Positions 51,260 to 60,940 of a stretch of DNA of 64,000 nt are shown here, in pieces (positions within the stretch are counted from its first letter, which is position 1; every line of letters starts with the position of its first letter). The position numbers and the translations under genes are program-made. This stretch comes from Candidatus Parcubacteria bacterium. Its GTDB lineage: Bacteria; Patescibacteriota; Minisyncoccia; Phycocordibacterales; UBA2100. Below the pieces are notes generated by a model that saw only the letters and a program-made list of their open reading frames with translations, was not told the origin of the DNA and did not search any database. The stretch spans positions 14,681 to 78,680 of the forward strand of contig QZJK01000006.1 in assembly GCA_003599295.1 (NCBI GenBank). The letters are read 5' to 3'.

Positions 51260-52003
51260 ATGGAAATCCTGATAATCCTGCTCATCGTGATAGTCATCGC
51301 CGTTATTGTTCTTCGGCAGATTAACCAGTACGAGCGGGGCGTCATGTTCCTCATGGGTAAATTCACCGGTATCAAAGAGCCCGGGTGGCGCATCGTCATA
51401 CCGATCTTCCAGCAGATGCGGAAAGTGGACATGCGCGTGAAAGCCGTTGACGTGCCGGAGCAGAAGGCCATCACCAAGGACAACATCGCGGTCGGCGTGA
51501 ACGCGGTCATCTATTACAAAGTGTCGGACGCGGCGAAGGCCGTTCTCGAAGTGGAAAACTTTATTTACGCGATGAGCCAGCTCGCACAGACGACGATGCG
51601 AAACGCGGTAGGGGAGGTGGAGCTCGACGAGCTTCTTGCGCAGAGAGACAAGATATCGGAACGTATTCGCGGGGTTGTGGATGAGGCGTCCGATCCGTGG
51701 GGCATCAAGGTCTCGAACGTCGAACTGAAAGACATCGCGCTCCCCGCCGACATGGAACGCACTATTGCGAAACAAGCGGAGGCAGAACGCGAAAAGCGCG
51801 CAGTCATCATAAAAGCAGAAGGAGAGGCCATCTCGGCCGAAAACATGGCAAAGGCCGCGAACATACTCGCATCGGCTCCCGGAGCGCTTCATTTGCGTAC
51901 GCTCCAATCCATCAATGACATTTCGTCAGACGACTCCAACACGATTGTTTTTGCAGTGCCGCTCGAAGTATTGCGCGCGCTCGACAAACTTTCCGGTAAG
52001 TAA
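51260..52003 (+). CDS. SPFH/stomatin (slipin) family protein
   Basis: QYERGV, ITKDN, LAQTTMR, PWGIKV, QAEAERE. Confidence 0.93.
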   Translation: MEILIILLIVIVIAVIVLRQINQYERGVMFLMGKFTGIKEPGWRIVIPIFQQMRKVDMRVKAVDVPEQKAITKDNIAVGVNAVIYYKVSDAAKAVLEVENFIYAMSQLAQTTMRNAVGEVELDELLAQRDKISERIRGVVDEASDPWGIKVSNVELKDIALPADMERTIAKQAEAEREKRAVIIKAEGEAISAENMAKAANILASAPGALHLRTLQSINDISSDDSNTIVFAVPLEVLRALDKLSGK

Positions 52004-52247
52004 TCTCTTCAAAAAGACCCCCCACCAGTCGGAGGGTAGGGGACGGTGCCCTGAAGGGTTCATTTGGAGCCCTCTCCCCAAATATTTTTCAGCGAGTTGG
52101 GGGAGTCTGCACATTGTGCAGATTTTTTTGCGAACAAACTAAGCACGCATATGGTAAAAGATGCGCACGACACGCAGAGAGGTAAAAGGGTGTTGACAGG
52201 GCAGTGGTCTAATGTGTTCTAGGCCTAGGATGGCCGAGATAAGGGAC

Positions 52248-52343
52248 GTCGCACAATATATCTTTTGCGACGTTTAGCTCTAGCAAAACATCGCAAAAGA
52301 TAGCGGCCATTGTGCGACTGCACCTTGCCGTCGCACAATGGCC
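52248..52343. repeat. Compound GTCGCA/TGCGAC palindromic element
   Basis: TATCTTTTGCGACGTTT/AAACATCGCAAAAGATA and GGCCATTGTGCGAC/GTCGCACAATGGCC. Confidence 0.7.
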
Positions 52344-52376
52344 TTATACGATCCATAGGACGCTACAATGTCTTAT

Positions 52377-53033
52377 ATGCAGTATTCTGATCGCATATAC
52401 GCACTTCTGACTCCCCTCGAACGTGCCTTGCTCAAAAAGCTTTCGACGCCGCAGAAAATCCAGGATTACCTCGATACCCTCCCCATTAACTTTGAGATGA
52501 CCGGAGAGACCTGTATGTCGCCTCGGGCGACCATACGGGCAAAAACAGCCCATTGTATCGAAGGGGCCTTTCTGGCGGCCGCGGCCTTGGCATACCACGG
52601 CCTGGAACCCGTTTTAATGGACTTCCAGACGCTTCCGGACGATGAAGACCACGTGGTGGCGCTCTTCCGGCAGAACGGGCGCTGGGGCGCGATATCGAAG
52701 ACCAATCACGCCATCCTTCGCTATCGCGACCCCGTCTATGCGACGCCCCGCGAGCTCGCGCTGTCATATTTCCACGAATACCTCATGTGGGACGGCCGGA
52801 AGTCGCTTGTTGCGTATTCAAAGCCGTTTGATTTACGTCGCTATCGGCCGGAGAAATGGGTCACCTCGGAAAAGAGCCTCGTATGGCTCGCGGATACCCT
52901 TGATGACGCCAAGCACTTCCCTATCGTCTCGAAAAAAAATCGGCGCCTGATCCGCAAAGCGTCGAATGTCGAATTACGCGCGATGAAAATCGTGGAATGG
53001 AAACCGCCGAAAAAATTCAAGAAGCGCGGCTGA
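52377..53033 (+). CDS. Vasohibin-like transglutaminase-fold cysteine protease
   Basis: HCIEGA, EDHVVALF, WGAISKTN, YRDPVY..RELALSY; start set at ATG 7 nt after TACAAT. Confidence 0.65.
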   Translation: MQYSDRIYALLTPLERALLKKLSTPQKIQDYLDTLPINFEMTGETCMSPRATIRAKTAHCIEGAFLAAAALAYHGLEPVLMDFQTLPDDEDHVVALFRQNGRWGAISKTNHAILRYRDPVYATPRELALSYFHEYLMWDGRKSLVAYSKPFDLRRYRPEKWVTSEKSLVWLADTLDDAKHFPIVSKKNRRLIRKASNVELRAMKIVEWKPPKKFKKRG

Positions 53034-53034
53034 A

Positions 53035-54372
53035 TCAGAGATAATCCATCGGGTCGAGATAGGCGTTTTGCGCGGCTGTTGGCATAACGACGCCTTGCTT
53101 CGCGCACGGCGTCGTGGCCGGCAACCCGTTCTCCCGATATACCGCGCCTATATCTCGGATCTGGACTCCTTCAGACGCAAACACGGTGAAGTGCAGGTGC
53201 GGGCCCGTTGCGTAGCCTGTAAACCCGCTGAAACCGATGACATCACCAGTTGAAACGGCGTCACCGCTGACCACGTTAATTTGCGAGAGGTGCGCATACA
53301 GGGTCGAGAGACCATTCCCGTGCTTTATTAGTATCCATTTTCCGTAAGAGTAGCAGCCGCCGCCATCGGTGTTTCCTGTCCCGAGAACGGTTCCGGAAAG
53401 CGCGGCTTTGACGGGCGTCCCGATCGACGCGCGGAAGTCGACGCCGTTGTGCGTACCAGAAGCGTAGAGGCGGCCGGAATCAGAAGTTTTTCCAAAGTAC
53501 TGCGTTAGGCAGTTCTGGTTCCTGCCCATTTGAGCGTTGCATAGGGCGTTGACGATGTTATCCAAGGGCCAGCGCAGTATTCCCCGTCCCGCCGGAGGCA
53601 CGCGCGAAGGGTCGAGCGTGAACTGCAGTTTTGATTCGAGTTCTTCCATGGCGCGCTCGAACGCGGCTTTGGCCGCCTGTTTTTCCTTGAGAAGCGCCTG
53701 ATAGTTCGATTCCTGGGATTTCGTCTGTGCGAGGAGTTCATTCTGCGCGCGCTTTGCCGCATCCAAGGAACCCTGTTCCGAAACCAGCTTTTTCTGCTGT
53801 ACGACAAGTTGCGCCTGCTTGTCCTCCGTTTCGGTCTTCGTTTCGGTCAGAGTATTTTTCTGCACGGAAAGTTCCGTGATGTCTTCACGCATTGCTTCCT
53901 GTATCTGCCTACCCTCTTCCATGTCGTCCCAAAGGGTCGAAAGCGTCGAAGAAAGCACATCAAGAACAAAGCTCCGCGTCTCCGATTCGTTGAGACGCCG
54001 TAGTGATTCCGCGAGCCCCGCCTCATTGACGCTTATGGCGCCTTCGGCGCTCGCGATGCCGCGCGAGAGATTCTGTATCTCAAGTTCGAGCGTCCCTATC
54101 CTGTTCTTTGTCACGCTTATGGAAGCCGCTATCTTTTTCCGGGAGACATCTATCTGCGCGAGCGTGTTCTGGAGCGTTTGCTTCTGCGAACCGAGAGTGT
54201 TGAGCTGCTTCTCAAATGCGGCTATCTCCTTGTTCAAAGCCTCTATCTGCGAGCTATGCGCCTCTATCTGCTGTCGTATTTCAGCCGCGGACTGTCCGAG
54301 CGCCTCCGGAGGCGCCGCGGACACGCCGACGAGAAGGAGCGCGAGCGCGATGGCGATGCGGGAGTGCGTCAT
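53035..54372 (-). CDS. Coiled-coil M23 peptidase (murein hydrolase, EnvC-like)
   Basis: Signal peptide, long coiled coil, HNGVD, YAHLS, GPHLHF. Confidence 0.92.
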   Translation of the reverse strand: MTHSRIAIALALLLVGVSAAPPEALGQSAAEIRQQIEAHSSQIEALNKEIAAFEKQLNTLGSQKQTLQNTLAQIDVSRKKIAASISVTKNRIGTLELEIQNLSRGIASAEGAISVNEAGLAESLRRLNESETRSFVLDVLSSTLSTLWDDMEEGRQIQEAMREDITELSVQKNTLTETKTETEDKQAQLVVQQKKLVSEQGSLDAAKRAQNELLAQTKSQESNYQALLKEKQAAKAAFERAMEELESKLQFTLDPSRVPPAGRGILRWPLDNIVNALCNAQMGRNQNCLTQYFGKTSDSGRLYASGTHNGVDFRASIGTPVKAALSGTVLGTGNTDGGGCYSYGKWILIKHGNGLSTLYAHLSQINVVSGDAVSTGDVIGFSGFTGYATGPHLHFTVFASEGVQIRDIGAVYRENGLPATTPCAKQGVVMPTAAQNAYLDPMDYL

Positions 54373-55718
54373 GCTTTGGAGGTAAGAAGACTAAGCGCGG
54401 CTTCAATCCGCTTCAGGACGGCGTCTTTGCCTATCGCCGCACCGACTAGAAAAGGGTCGGGGGAGCGCTCTTTCCCCGTGAGGGCGTAGCGCAAAGGCCA
54501 CAACACGGCAGCTCTCCCCTCGTTTGTCGCATAGTCCCACACCGAATCCTTGAGCCTCGTTTCGTTCCATTCGGCGGAAGGAATTTCGTCAAATATTTTT
54601 TGTACGTGCTGTAAGTGTTTTCGCGCGGTTCCCGCATCGTTCCCTTTGCCGGGAATGGTGGATGGTTCGGGTGCTGGAGCCGCAAAGAAAAAGTCGAATT
54701 CCCCTTCCCCGATGAGAGTTCGAAGGTCCTGCCACACACTGATCCGCTCCCGCACAAGCGGCATAATGCGCTCTCCGGCCGCCTCGTCCCACGATATGCT
54801 TCGTGCTGAAAGTTCGCTCTTCATGATAGTTATCGCCTCGTGCGCGAAAGAGCTTTCTGGCTCTTTCAATAGATACTGACGGTTGAACCAGCGGAGTTTT
54901 TCAATATCGAACACCGCCCCGCTTTTATGAAGATCTCCTATCTCAAACTCCTCTATCATCTCTCTAAGCGACAGAACTTCCCGCGCCGAAGGCGGCGTCC
55001 AGCCTAAGATGGCGATGTAATTTAAAAGCGCTTCCGGCAAAAAGCCCCGTTCACGATAGCTTTTTACAGCGACGTCGCCGGTCCGTTTGGAGAGCTTCGA
55101 CTTATCAGTCCCGAGATGGAGCGGATAATGCGCATATTCTGGGCGCGGATAGCCGAGAGCCTCTTGAATGAGTATTTGGCGCGGAGTATTTGAAATATGG
55201 TCTTCCCCGCGAATGACGTGCGTGATGCCCATCTCTCCATCATCAACGACAACCGCGAGATGGTAGAGGGGATCATCAATTGCGCGCGCAATGGTGAAAT
55301 CACCCAATTCGGCGGTGTCGAACGTGATGTCGCCGCGGATGAGGTCGGTGAAGGTTATCTTTTTTCCGGGATTCCGCAGTCGCACGACTTCCACCCGGAC
55401 GCCTGGCTCCTTCTTGCTTTCCTCTTTCGATACGTACGCTTTGTCCTCGGCTATGAGACGCGCAAGCGCTTCTTTGTGCGACTCGACGAGTTCGGTCGTT
55501 CGGTAGAATTCATCCCACGAGAGACCGAGCCATTTCAACTGCTCGATGATGTCTTCTTCGTATTCGCGCTTGCTCCGTACTTTGTCGGTATCTTCGCTCC
55601 TGAAAATGATAGTTCCGCCGTGTTTCTTCGCGAATAGATAATTGAGGATGGCCATGCGGGCAGTGCCCACATGGCAAAAACCCGTCGGGCTGGGGGGGAA
55701 CCGGACACGCACGTTCAT
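54369..55718 (-). CDS. gltX: Glutamate--tRNA ligase
   Basis: RFPPSPTG..HVG, EDTD, HVIRGEDH, KLSKR. Confidence 0.95.
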   Translation of the reverse strand: MNVRVRFPPSPTGFCHVGTARMAILNYLFAKKHGGTIIFRSEDTDKVRSKREYEEDIIEQLKWLGLSWDEFYRTTELVESHKEALARLIAEDKAYVSKEESKKEPGVRVEVVRLRNPGKKITFTDLIRGDITFDTAELGDFTIARAIDDPLYHLAVVVDDGEMGITHVIRGEDHISNTPRQILIQEALGYPRPEYAHYPLHLGTDKSKLSKRTGDVAVKSYRERGFLPEALLNYIAILGWTPPSAREVLSLREMIEEFEIGDLHKSGAVFDIEKLRWFNRQYLLKEPESSFAHEAITIMKSELSARSISWDEAAGERIMPLVRERISVWQDLRTLIGEGEFDFFFAAPAPEPSTIPGKGNDAGTARKHLQHVQKIFDEIPSAEWNETRLKDSVWDYATNEGRAAVLWPLRYALTGKERSPDPFLVGAAIGKDAVLKRIEAALSLLTSKA

Positions 55719-56857
55719 ACCTTTTCGTGTTCAAGCGCGGTTTCGAGGAGGATCTCGGCGATCTTTTTCCCGGCCGCTGGGCGCGCGAACGTCGTGGCGG
55801 CCTCGCGCATCTGGTTCCGCAATGTTTCATCGTCCATGATGCGACCTATTTCGGCGACGAGGAGGTGCGGCGAAAGATTTTTTTGTTCAAGCACGGTCGC
55901 GGCTCCCGCACGTGCATACGAAAAGGCATTCTCTGTTTGGTCATGCGATATTTCTGTCGGTATAGGCACGAGGATGGCGGGGATTTTCCACGATGCTATC
56001 TCAAAAATAGTTCCGCTTCCTGCGCGCGAAACGACGACGGAGGCAATGCCGGCCGTCATGCGGAGCGCAAGCGTATTCAAAAGCCCGAACGAACGGTAGC
56101 GCTCTTTGTAAGGCGAATCCCTAAGAACGACATGTGCCACTCCTTCGACCTCATCATGATTCGCGGTGCCTGCCTGGTGGACCACATTGTAGCGCTCGAC
56201 CAAGGCCGGAAGCGCGCTTAAGACTGCCTCATTCATCGCAACGGCTCCTTGCGAGCCGCCCATGATGAACACCGTCGGCACGTTCTTATCGAGCTTCAAG
56301 AATTCATGACCGCCTTCTTTTGCTGGGTTCTCTATTTCTCTGCGTATCGGGTGACCCGTGCGCGCTATCTTGTCGAGGTATTTTTTCGGAAAATGGGTAG
56401 CGGCATCAGGATGAGCGAGTGCTATCCAGCGCGCGAAGCGCGCGGACCAGAGCGATACGCGTCCGGGTACGGCGTCTGCATCATAGATGACGACCGGGAT
56501 GCCTAAGATGCGTGCGGCAAAAAGCGTCGGAAATGCCGCAAAGCCGCCGGTCGAGAACACGACATCCGGGAAAAGACGGAAAAGTTGGAATGTTGCACTT
56601 ATGAGCCCCCATGCCGTCTTGAAGTAGTCGAAGAAATTGAGCATGCTCGCGTACCGGCGCACCCGCCCGGCGGTTCCCGGGACGTAGTGAATGTCATGTT
56701 CTATCAAAGAAGGATTGTCGAAAGCGGGCGGGCCGATGTAGAAGAACTCTGGTTCTATGAGCGTCCGTTCGCGCGCGAGGTCTTCCAGAGCTTGTGCAAC
56801 GGCTATAAGGGGGTAAAAATGTCCCCCACTTCCCCCTCCGGCAAGCACTATTTTCAT
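55715..56857 (-). CDS. murG: MurG glycosyltransferase
   Basis: GGGSGGH, GGF, GGSQGA, RAGS, DQTENA. Confidence 0.95.
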   Translation of the reverse strand: MKIVLAGGGSGGHFYPLIAVAQALEDLARERTLIEPEFFYIGPPAFDNPSLIEHDIHYVPGTAGRVRRYASMLNFFDYFKTAWGLISATFQLFRLFPDVVFSTGGFAAFPTLFAARILGIPVVIYDADAVPGRVSLWSARFARWIALAHPDAATHFPKKYLDKIARTGHPIRREIENPAKEGGHEFLKLDKNVPTVFIMGGSQGAVAMNEAVLSALPALVERYNVVHQAGTANHDEVEGVAHVVLRDSPYKERYRSFGLLNTLALRMTAGIASVVVSRAGSGTIFEIASWKIPAILVPIPTEISHDQTENAFSYARAGAATVLEQKNLSPHLLVAEIGRIMDDETLRNQMREAATTFARPAAGKKIAEILLETALEHEKV

Positions 56858-56893
56858 TCAGATTATTTTACCACGAGCCTTGCCGGCCTTGGA

Positions 56894-58003
56894 TTACCTG
56901 CTATGGCTCTTGTATTTGGAGATATTCAGGAGAATTCCTGCTGCGAAGAGAGAGATAAGCATGGCGCTTCCGCCTTGGCTGATGAAGGTCAGCGGAACGC
57001 CTGTCAGGGGTGCGACGCCCAGCATGCCGGCGATATTGATGAATGCCTCGATGGTCAGGTACATTACGATGCCGACGGCTAACAGGCCTCCGAATAGATC
57101 GCTTGCCCGGGAAGCGACCGCTATGCCTCGCAGGGCGAAGCCGAGGAAAAGACCGATGATGGAAACGGCGCCGACAAAACCGAACTCCTCGCCGGCTATC
57201 GCGAAGATGGAGTCCCCCATTGGCTCCGGCAGGTACGTGAATTTTTGCACGCTTTGCCCAAAGCCTCGCCCGGCGAATCCTCCGGAACCGATAGCAATGA
57301 GCGACTGGCGGATCTGGTACCCTTCCGCCTGCGGATTTTGAGACGGGTCAAGGAACGTCGTTACTCTATCAAGCACGTACGGGCGCAGCATCGCGAGTAC
57401 GGCAATTGCCAAGAGGCCGATGCATATAGTGATGGCGATATCGCGGAATCGCGCTCCCGCAACCACGAATATTGCAAGCACCGAAAAGACGATGATGCCG
57501 AGCGTTCCGAGATCCGGCTGAAGTATGAGAAGAACCGTCGGGGCGGAGAGTATCGCAAAGAGACCGCCCAAACTATAGCGGATATCTCCCATACGAGCGC
57601 GAACCGCCGAAAAGTAGGCGGCCGCGATGAATATCGTTCCGATTTTCAGCGCTTCAGACGGCTGGAACGACATGTTCGCAATGACAAGCCAGCGCCTGCC
57701 GCCGCCATGCTCGAATCCGAGCGACGGCACAAAGACAAGAGCGGTCACAACGAGTGCGGCGATGAAAAGATACGGCGCGAAGCGTCGCCACGTACGGTAA
57801 TTGATCGTCGTTGCGACGAGAAGCGCCACGAGCCCAACGCCGACCCCGAGCGCCAGATGGTTGAACGCGACCGAAGAAACATTCGACGCACCGCGCGCGA
57901 GCGGGCCGAATATGGCAGAGGCGAAAATGATAAGTCCGCCTCCTACCAAGAGCGCGATAAGTATCGCGAGCGGTTTATCAATGCGCGCTTTTCCTCCGGC
58001 CAT
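56894..58003 (-). CDS. ftsW: SEDS peptidoglycan polymerase FtsW
   Basis: GGRRW, FQPSE..K, QPDLGT, GYQ, LPE..DSIFA..GEEFG, SQGGS; start ATG lies in the TATG duplication. Confidence 0.93.
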   Translation of the reverse strand: MAGGKARIDKPLAILIALLVGGGLIIFASAIFGPLARGASNVSSVAFNHLALGVGVGLVALLVATTINYRTWRRFAPYLFIAALVVTALVFVPSLGFEHGGGRRWLVIANMSFQPSEALKIGTIFIAAAYFSAVRARMGDIRYSLGGLFAILSAPTVLLILQPDLGTLGIIVFSVLAIFVVAGARFRDIAITICIGLLAIAVLAMLRPYVLDRVTTFLDPSQNPQAEGYQIRQSLIAIGSGGFAGRGFGQSVQKFTYLPEPMGDSIFAIAGEEFGFVGAVSIIGLFLGFALRGIAVASRASDLFGGLLAVGIVMYLTIEAFINIAGMLGVAPLTGVPLTFISQGGSAMLISLFAAGILLNISKYKSHSR

Positions 58004-58004
58004 A

Positions 58005-58303
58005 CCCGTCACACGAAATGACTTAATCGCAGGCAATCTGTAAGACGACGCCTGAGCGCGGTTCGAGCACCTGCGGAACGTTTTAAACGATCCTCTCTCT
58101 TTTTTGCATCTGCCTGCGATATATATGCCTCGTAATACAAGAGGTCCAACGGTGCACGGTATTTAGTTGCTGTACTCTCGTTTTTGTTATGTTCGACGAG
58201 ACGTTTGCGAAGATCTGTTGTGTATCCTGTGTACAACCTTTGATCTTTACGGCTTTTTAGTATGTATACGTAGAACATAACAAAGTCATTTCGTGTGGAC
58301 GGG
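58005..58303 (-). mobile_element. 299-bp GIY-YIG mini-element with terminal inverted repeats and TATG target duplication
   Basis: Minus strand: TATG-CCCGTCCACACGAAATGACTT...AAGTCATTTCGTGTGACGGG-TATG. Confidence 0.85.
58009..58278 (-). CDS. Stand-alone GIY-YIG endonuclease (89 aa)
   Basis: FYVYIL..LYTG, conserved R and HN, YYEAY, AKKRE. Confidence 0.92.
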   Translation of the reverse strand: MFYVYILKSRKDQRLYTGYTTDLRKRLVEHNKNESTATKYRAPLDLLYYEAYISQADAKKREDRLKRSAGARTALRRRLTDCLRLSHFV

Positions 58304-58310
58304 CATATCT

Positions 58311-59372
58311 TTAATTCGACGCGAGCGCGATGATGACGCCGATGAACGCGAAGACGACGGAGAATACCCAATAGCGCATGACGACCTTATACCCCGGCCA
58401 GCCGAGTGCTTCGAAATGGTGGTGGAGCGGCGCGACGCGGAGGAGTTTCTTACCGAAAAATCGCTTCGATGCCATTTGCGCGATATTTGATGCGACGGTC
58501 GCGACAAGAATGATACCGATGACAGGGAGGACCGAAATCCCGACGCCCTCGCCGAGCGAGTCGGTCATGAATGCGATGGTCGCGATGGTGAGCGTGAGCG
58601 CCATGGTTCCCGTCTCCGACATATAGAATCGCGCCGGCGGGATGTTGAACCACAAGAACGCGAGGAGGCCGCCGAGGACGGCGGCGGAAAAGGCTGCGAG
58701 GTCCACCTGATTCTGCGCAAATGCGATGATGGCGTACGAAGCAAATACCGAGCCAAATACGCCGCCGGAGAGCCCGTCTATGCCGTCTATGACGCCCGAT
58801 GCGTAGACCGCGAGCGATACCAGGATGAAGAGCGGAATGATGAGCCACCCTATCTCAAAGGGGCCGTAGAATGGGATGCCTACCGTTGTCACATCGAGCT
58901 TGTCCCAGAACCACCAGCCGATGAACAGCGAAAGTACGAACACGACAAGGAGGCGGTACGGAATGGGGACTCCTTTGCCCTTCGGACGGATGATGAGAAG
59001 GTCGTCAATGAGACCCGCGAATGCCCCGACAAGGAGCGCCGCAAGTGGTATCCACGTTTGATTACGCGAGAGGAAATCAAGTTTCAAGATAGCCGCATCT
59101 GGAATGAACCGCGCAACGAGCGCTATGCCGACGATGGTCAGGGTCGCGCTTCCCCACACGACGATGCCGCCCATCCGGGGTGCGCGCACCTCGTTCGTTT
59201 CGTGCAGGCGGTTAAATTCCGCTGCCTCGGTCCCGTCCAGCGCTGTTTTTCCCGGCTGTTTCTTCCACGCCTTGTATTTATAGAGATAGTGCGTGAGGAC
59301 GGGCGTTATCGCCATGCCAACGACGAACGAACCAATGGCGGGAACGAGTACTTTTACGATGTTTGGCAGCAT
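58311..59372 (-). CDS. mraY: Phospho-N-acetylmuramoyl-pentapeptide transferase
   Basis: PRMGG, IDD, DGIDGL, FLWFN..PA, APLHHHFE. Confidence 0.95.
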   Translation of the reverse strand: MLPNIVKVLVPAIGSFVVGMAITPVLTHYLYKYKAWKKQPGKTALDGTEAAEFNRLHETNEVRAPRMGGIVVWGSATLTIVGIALVARFIPDAAILKLDFLSRNQTWIPLAALLVGAFAGLIDDLLIIRPKGKGVPIPYRLLVVFVLSLFIGWWFWDKLDVTTVGIPFYGPFEIGWLIIPLFILVSLAVYASGVIDGIDGLSGGVFGSVFASYAIIAFAQNQVDLAAFSAAVLGGLLAFLWFNIPPARFYMSETGTMALTLTIATIAFMTDSLGEGVGISVLPVIGIILVATVASNIAQMASKRFFGKKLLRVAPLHHHFEALGWPGYKVVMRYWVFSVVFAFIGVIIALASN

Positions 59373-59389
59373 GTGGATATTGTACTTCC

Positions 59390-60373
59390 CTACTCCGAGG
59401 CGATCGTGTTTCTCGCCGCTTCGACGAGCTTTTGAATGTCATTGAACCGCTCCGTCGGCGTAGAGCCGAGAACGACGGCGACGACGGGGCGCGCGATACC
59501 GACGTCGAACACGACTGCGAGATTCCCGCCCGCGAGGTCCGTGAAGCCGGTTTTACCCAGTATAAGGCCGGGTATTTCCCGTTCGAGAAGATTCGTGTTG
59601 TGCACATTCACACGCAAGCCACTCTGCGAGGTCAAGGTCACATCACCCCGCGTCGTCGCCGAAAAGGCTTCCGGATTTGTTTCTGCGGCATAGGCGAAGA
59701 GAAGCGCCATATCGCGCGCGGAACCGTACGCGCCGGCCAACGTGGTCGACACATCAAGGCCGGTCACGTTGAGAAAATGGGTGGCTGAAAGCCCGAGTTT
59801 TTCCGCAAGATCGTTCATGCGCCAAAGTGCCGGACTTTCCGACGAAGCGTCGCGGTATTTCGCCCGCAATGATTCTCCGGCCACTCCCGCAAGGATATCC
59901 GCCCCTTCGTTCGAAGAAGCGGCAAGCGTGAAATCCAATACATCCCGCACCCGCCAGCGCTCGCCCTGAAGTAGTTGGTCCGGGTATCCGACCTGGAACA
60001 TGTTCCGCGGCAGTGTGAGCATGGAATCTGGTGGCAAGACTTCCGACGCTACGAGCGCAAGCGGCACTTTCGTAAGAGACGCGAGCGGCAATTGAACGTC
60101 TGGATTTTTCGCATACAACACTTTTCGCTCCGCAATATCGACGACGATAGCGCTTTTTGCGACGAGAGAAATATCCTTAAAATGATTTTCAGCGGCGCCG
60201 GCAGCGGCGACCTGCGTCTCGCCCCCGGGGCGCGCCGCGAAATCGACGGCGAGGGTCAAGCCGATCCCGAGTATGACGGCGAGCGCGCCGAACCCGGCGA
60301 GCGTCGCACGAGGAGAGACCAACGCACTGGACATGTGCGGCACGTCTCCTGTTTCGTTATCCAAAGGTCTCAT
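59390..60373 (-). CDS. D-Ala-D-Ala carboxypeptidase (S11)
   Basis: ASLTK, SSN, KTGFT; start uncertain. Confidence 0.9.
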   Translation of the reverse strand: MRPLDNETGDVPHMSSALVSPRATLAGFGALAVILGIGLTLAVDFAARPGGETQVAAAGAAENHFKDISLVAKSAIVVDIAERKVLYAKNPDVQLPLASLTKVPLALVASEVLPPDSMLTLPRNMFQVGYPDQLLQGERWRVRDVLDFTLAASSNEGADILAGVAGESLRAKYRDASSESPALWRMNDLAEKLGLSATHFLNVTGLDVSTTLAGAYGSARDMALLFAYAAETNPEAFSATTRGDVTLTSQSGLRVNVHNTNLLEREIPGLILGKTGFTDLAGGNLAVVFDVGIARPVVAVVLGSTPTERFNDIQKLVEAARNTIASE

Positions 60374-60935
60374 GGTCTTTGTCAGTAGCGCTAGCAGCTT
60401 CGAAGCGAGCGAGCTCCGCGGCTGTTTCAGCGTAGTTTGGAAGTTCGTTCACGTTCGCGACGCCGAGGTGCGCCAAGAGTTCTGCCGTCGCTTTATATAG
60501 GTACTCGCGTCCGTCTTCGGGGTTCCCCTCGCGCTCCAAAAGCCCTCTCGCAAGGAGCGTCCGCAGGGTCGAAGCCGTGTTCACGCCGCGTATGTAATCA
60601 ATGCGTGCTCGGGTCGAAGGTCCGCAGTAGAGGACTATCGCAAGCACTTCAAGCCCGGCATCCCCTATTTCGCGCGAAAGTTCCTTTTCGAGGACTTCGC
60701 GCACTGTTTCCGACGCGGCTTTGGCGACCGCGAGTGTCACCTCGTTCCCCGTATCGATGAGTGTAAGGCCGCTGCCTTCGAGACGCGCTGAAAGAACAGA
60801 GAGCGCCTCGGCAAGCTCTTTGTCATTACAGGAGAGTCGGAGGCCTAGCTTTTTGCGGGTCATGGAACCGCCCTCGACGAACAGAAGCGCTTCGGCAGAA
60901 ACGGCAAGGTCTTGGGGTGTTTTTGAGGGGCTCAT
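60357..60935 (-). CDS. scpB: SMC-Scp subunit ScpB
   Basis: EALLF, LEVLAIVLY..P.TR..IDYIRGV. Confidence 0.92.
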   Translation of the reverse strand: MSPSKTPQDLAVSAEALLFVEGGSMTRKKLGLRLSCNDKELAEALSVLSARLEGSGLTLIDTGNEVTLAVAKAASETVREVLEKELSREIGDAGLEVLAIVLYCGPSTRARIDYIRGVNTASTLRTLLARGLLEREGNPEDGREYLYKATAELLAHLGVANVNELPNYAETAAELARFEAASATDKDHETFG

Positions 60936-60940
60936 ATGCA

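Noticed and set aside
58279-58371. 120-aa version of the GIY-YIG ORF and 380-aa version of ftsW
   Set aside because: The extensions run through mraY or the element's inverted repeat; starts at 58278 and 58003 fit the motifs and the duplication.
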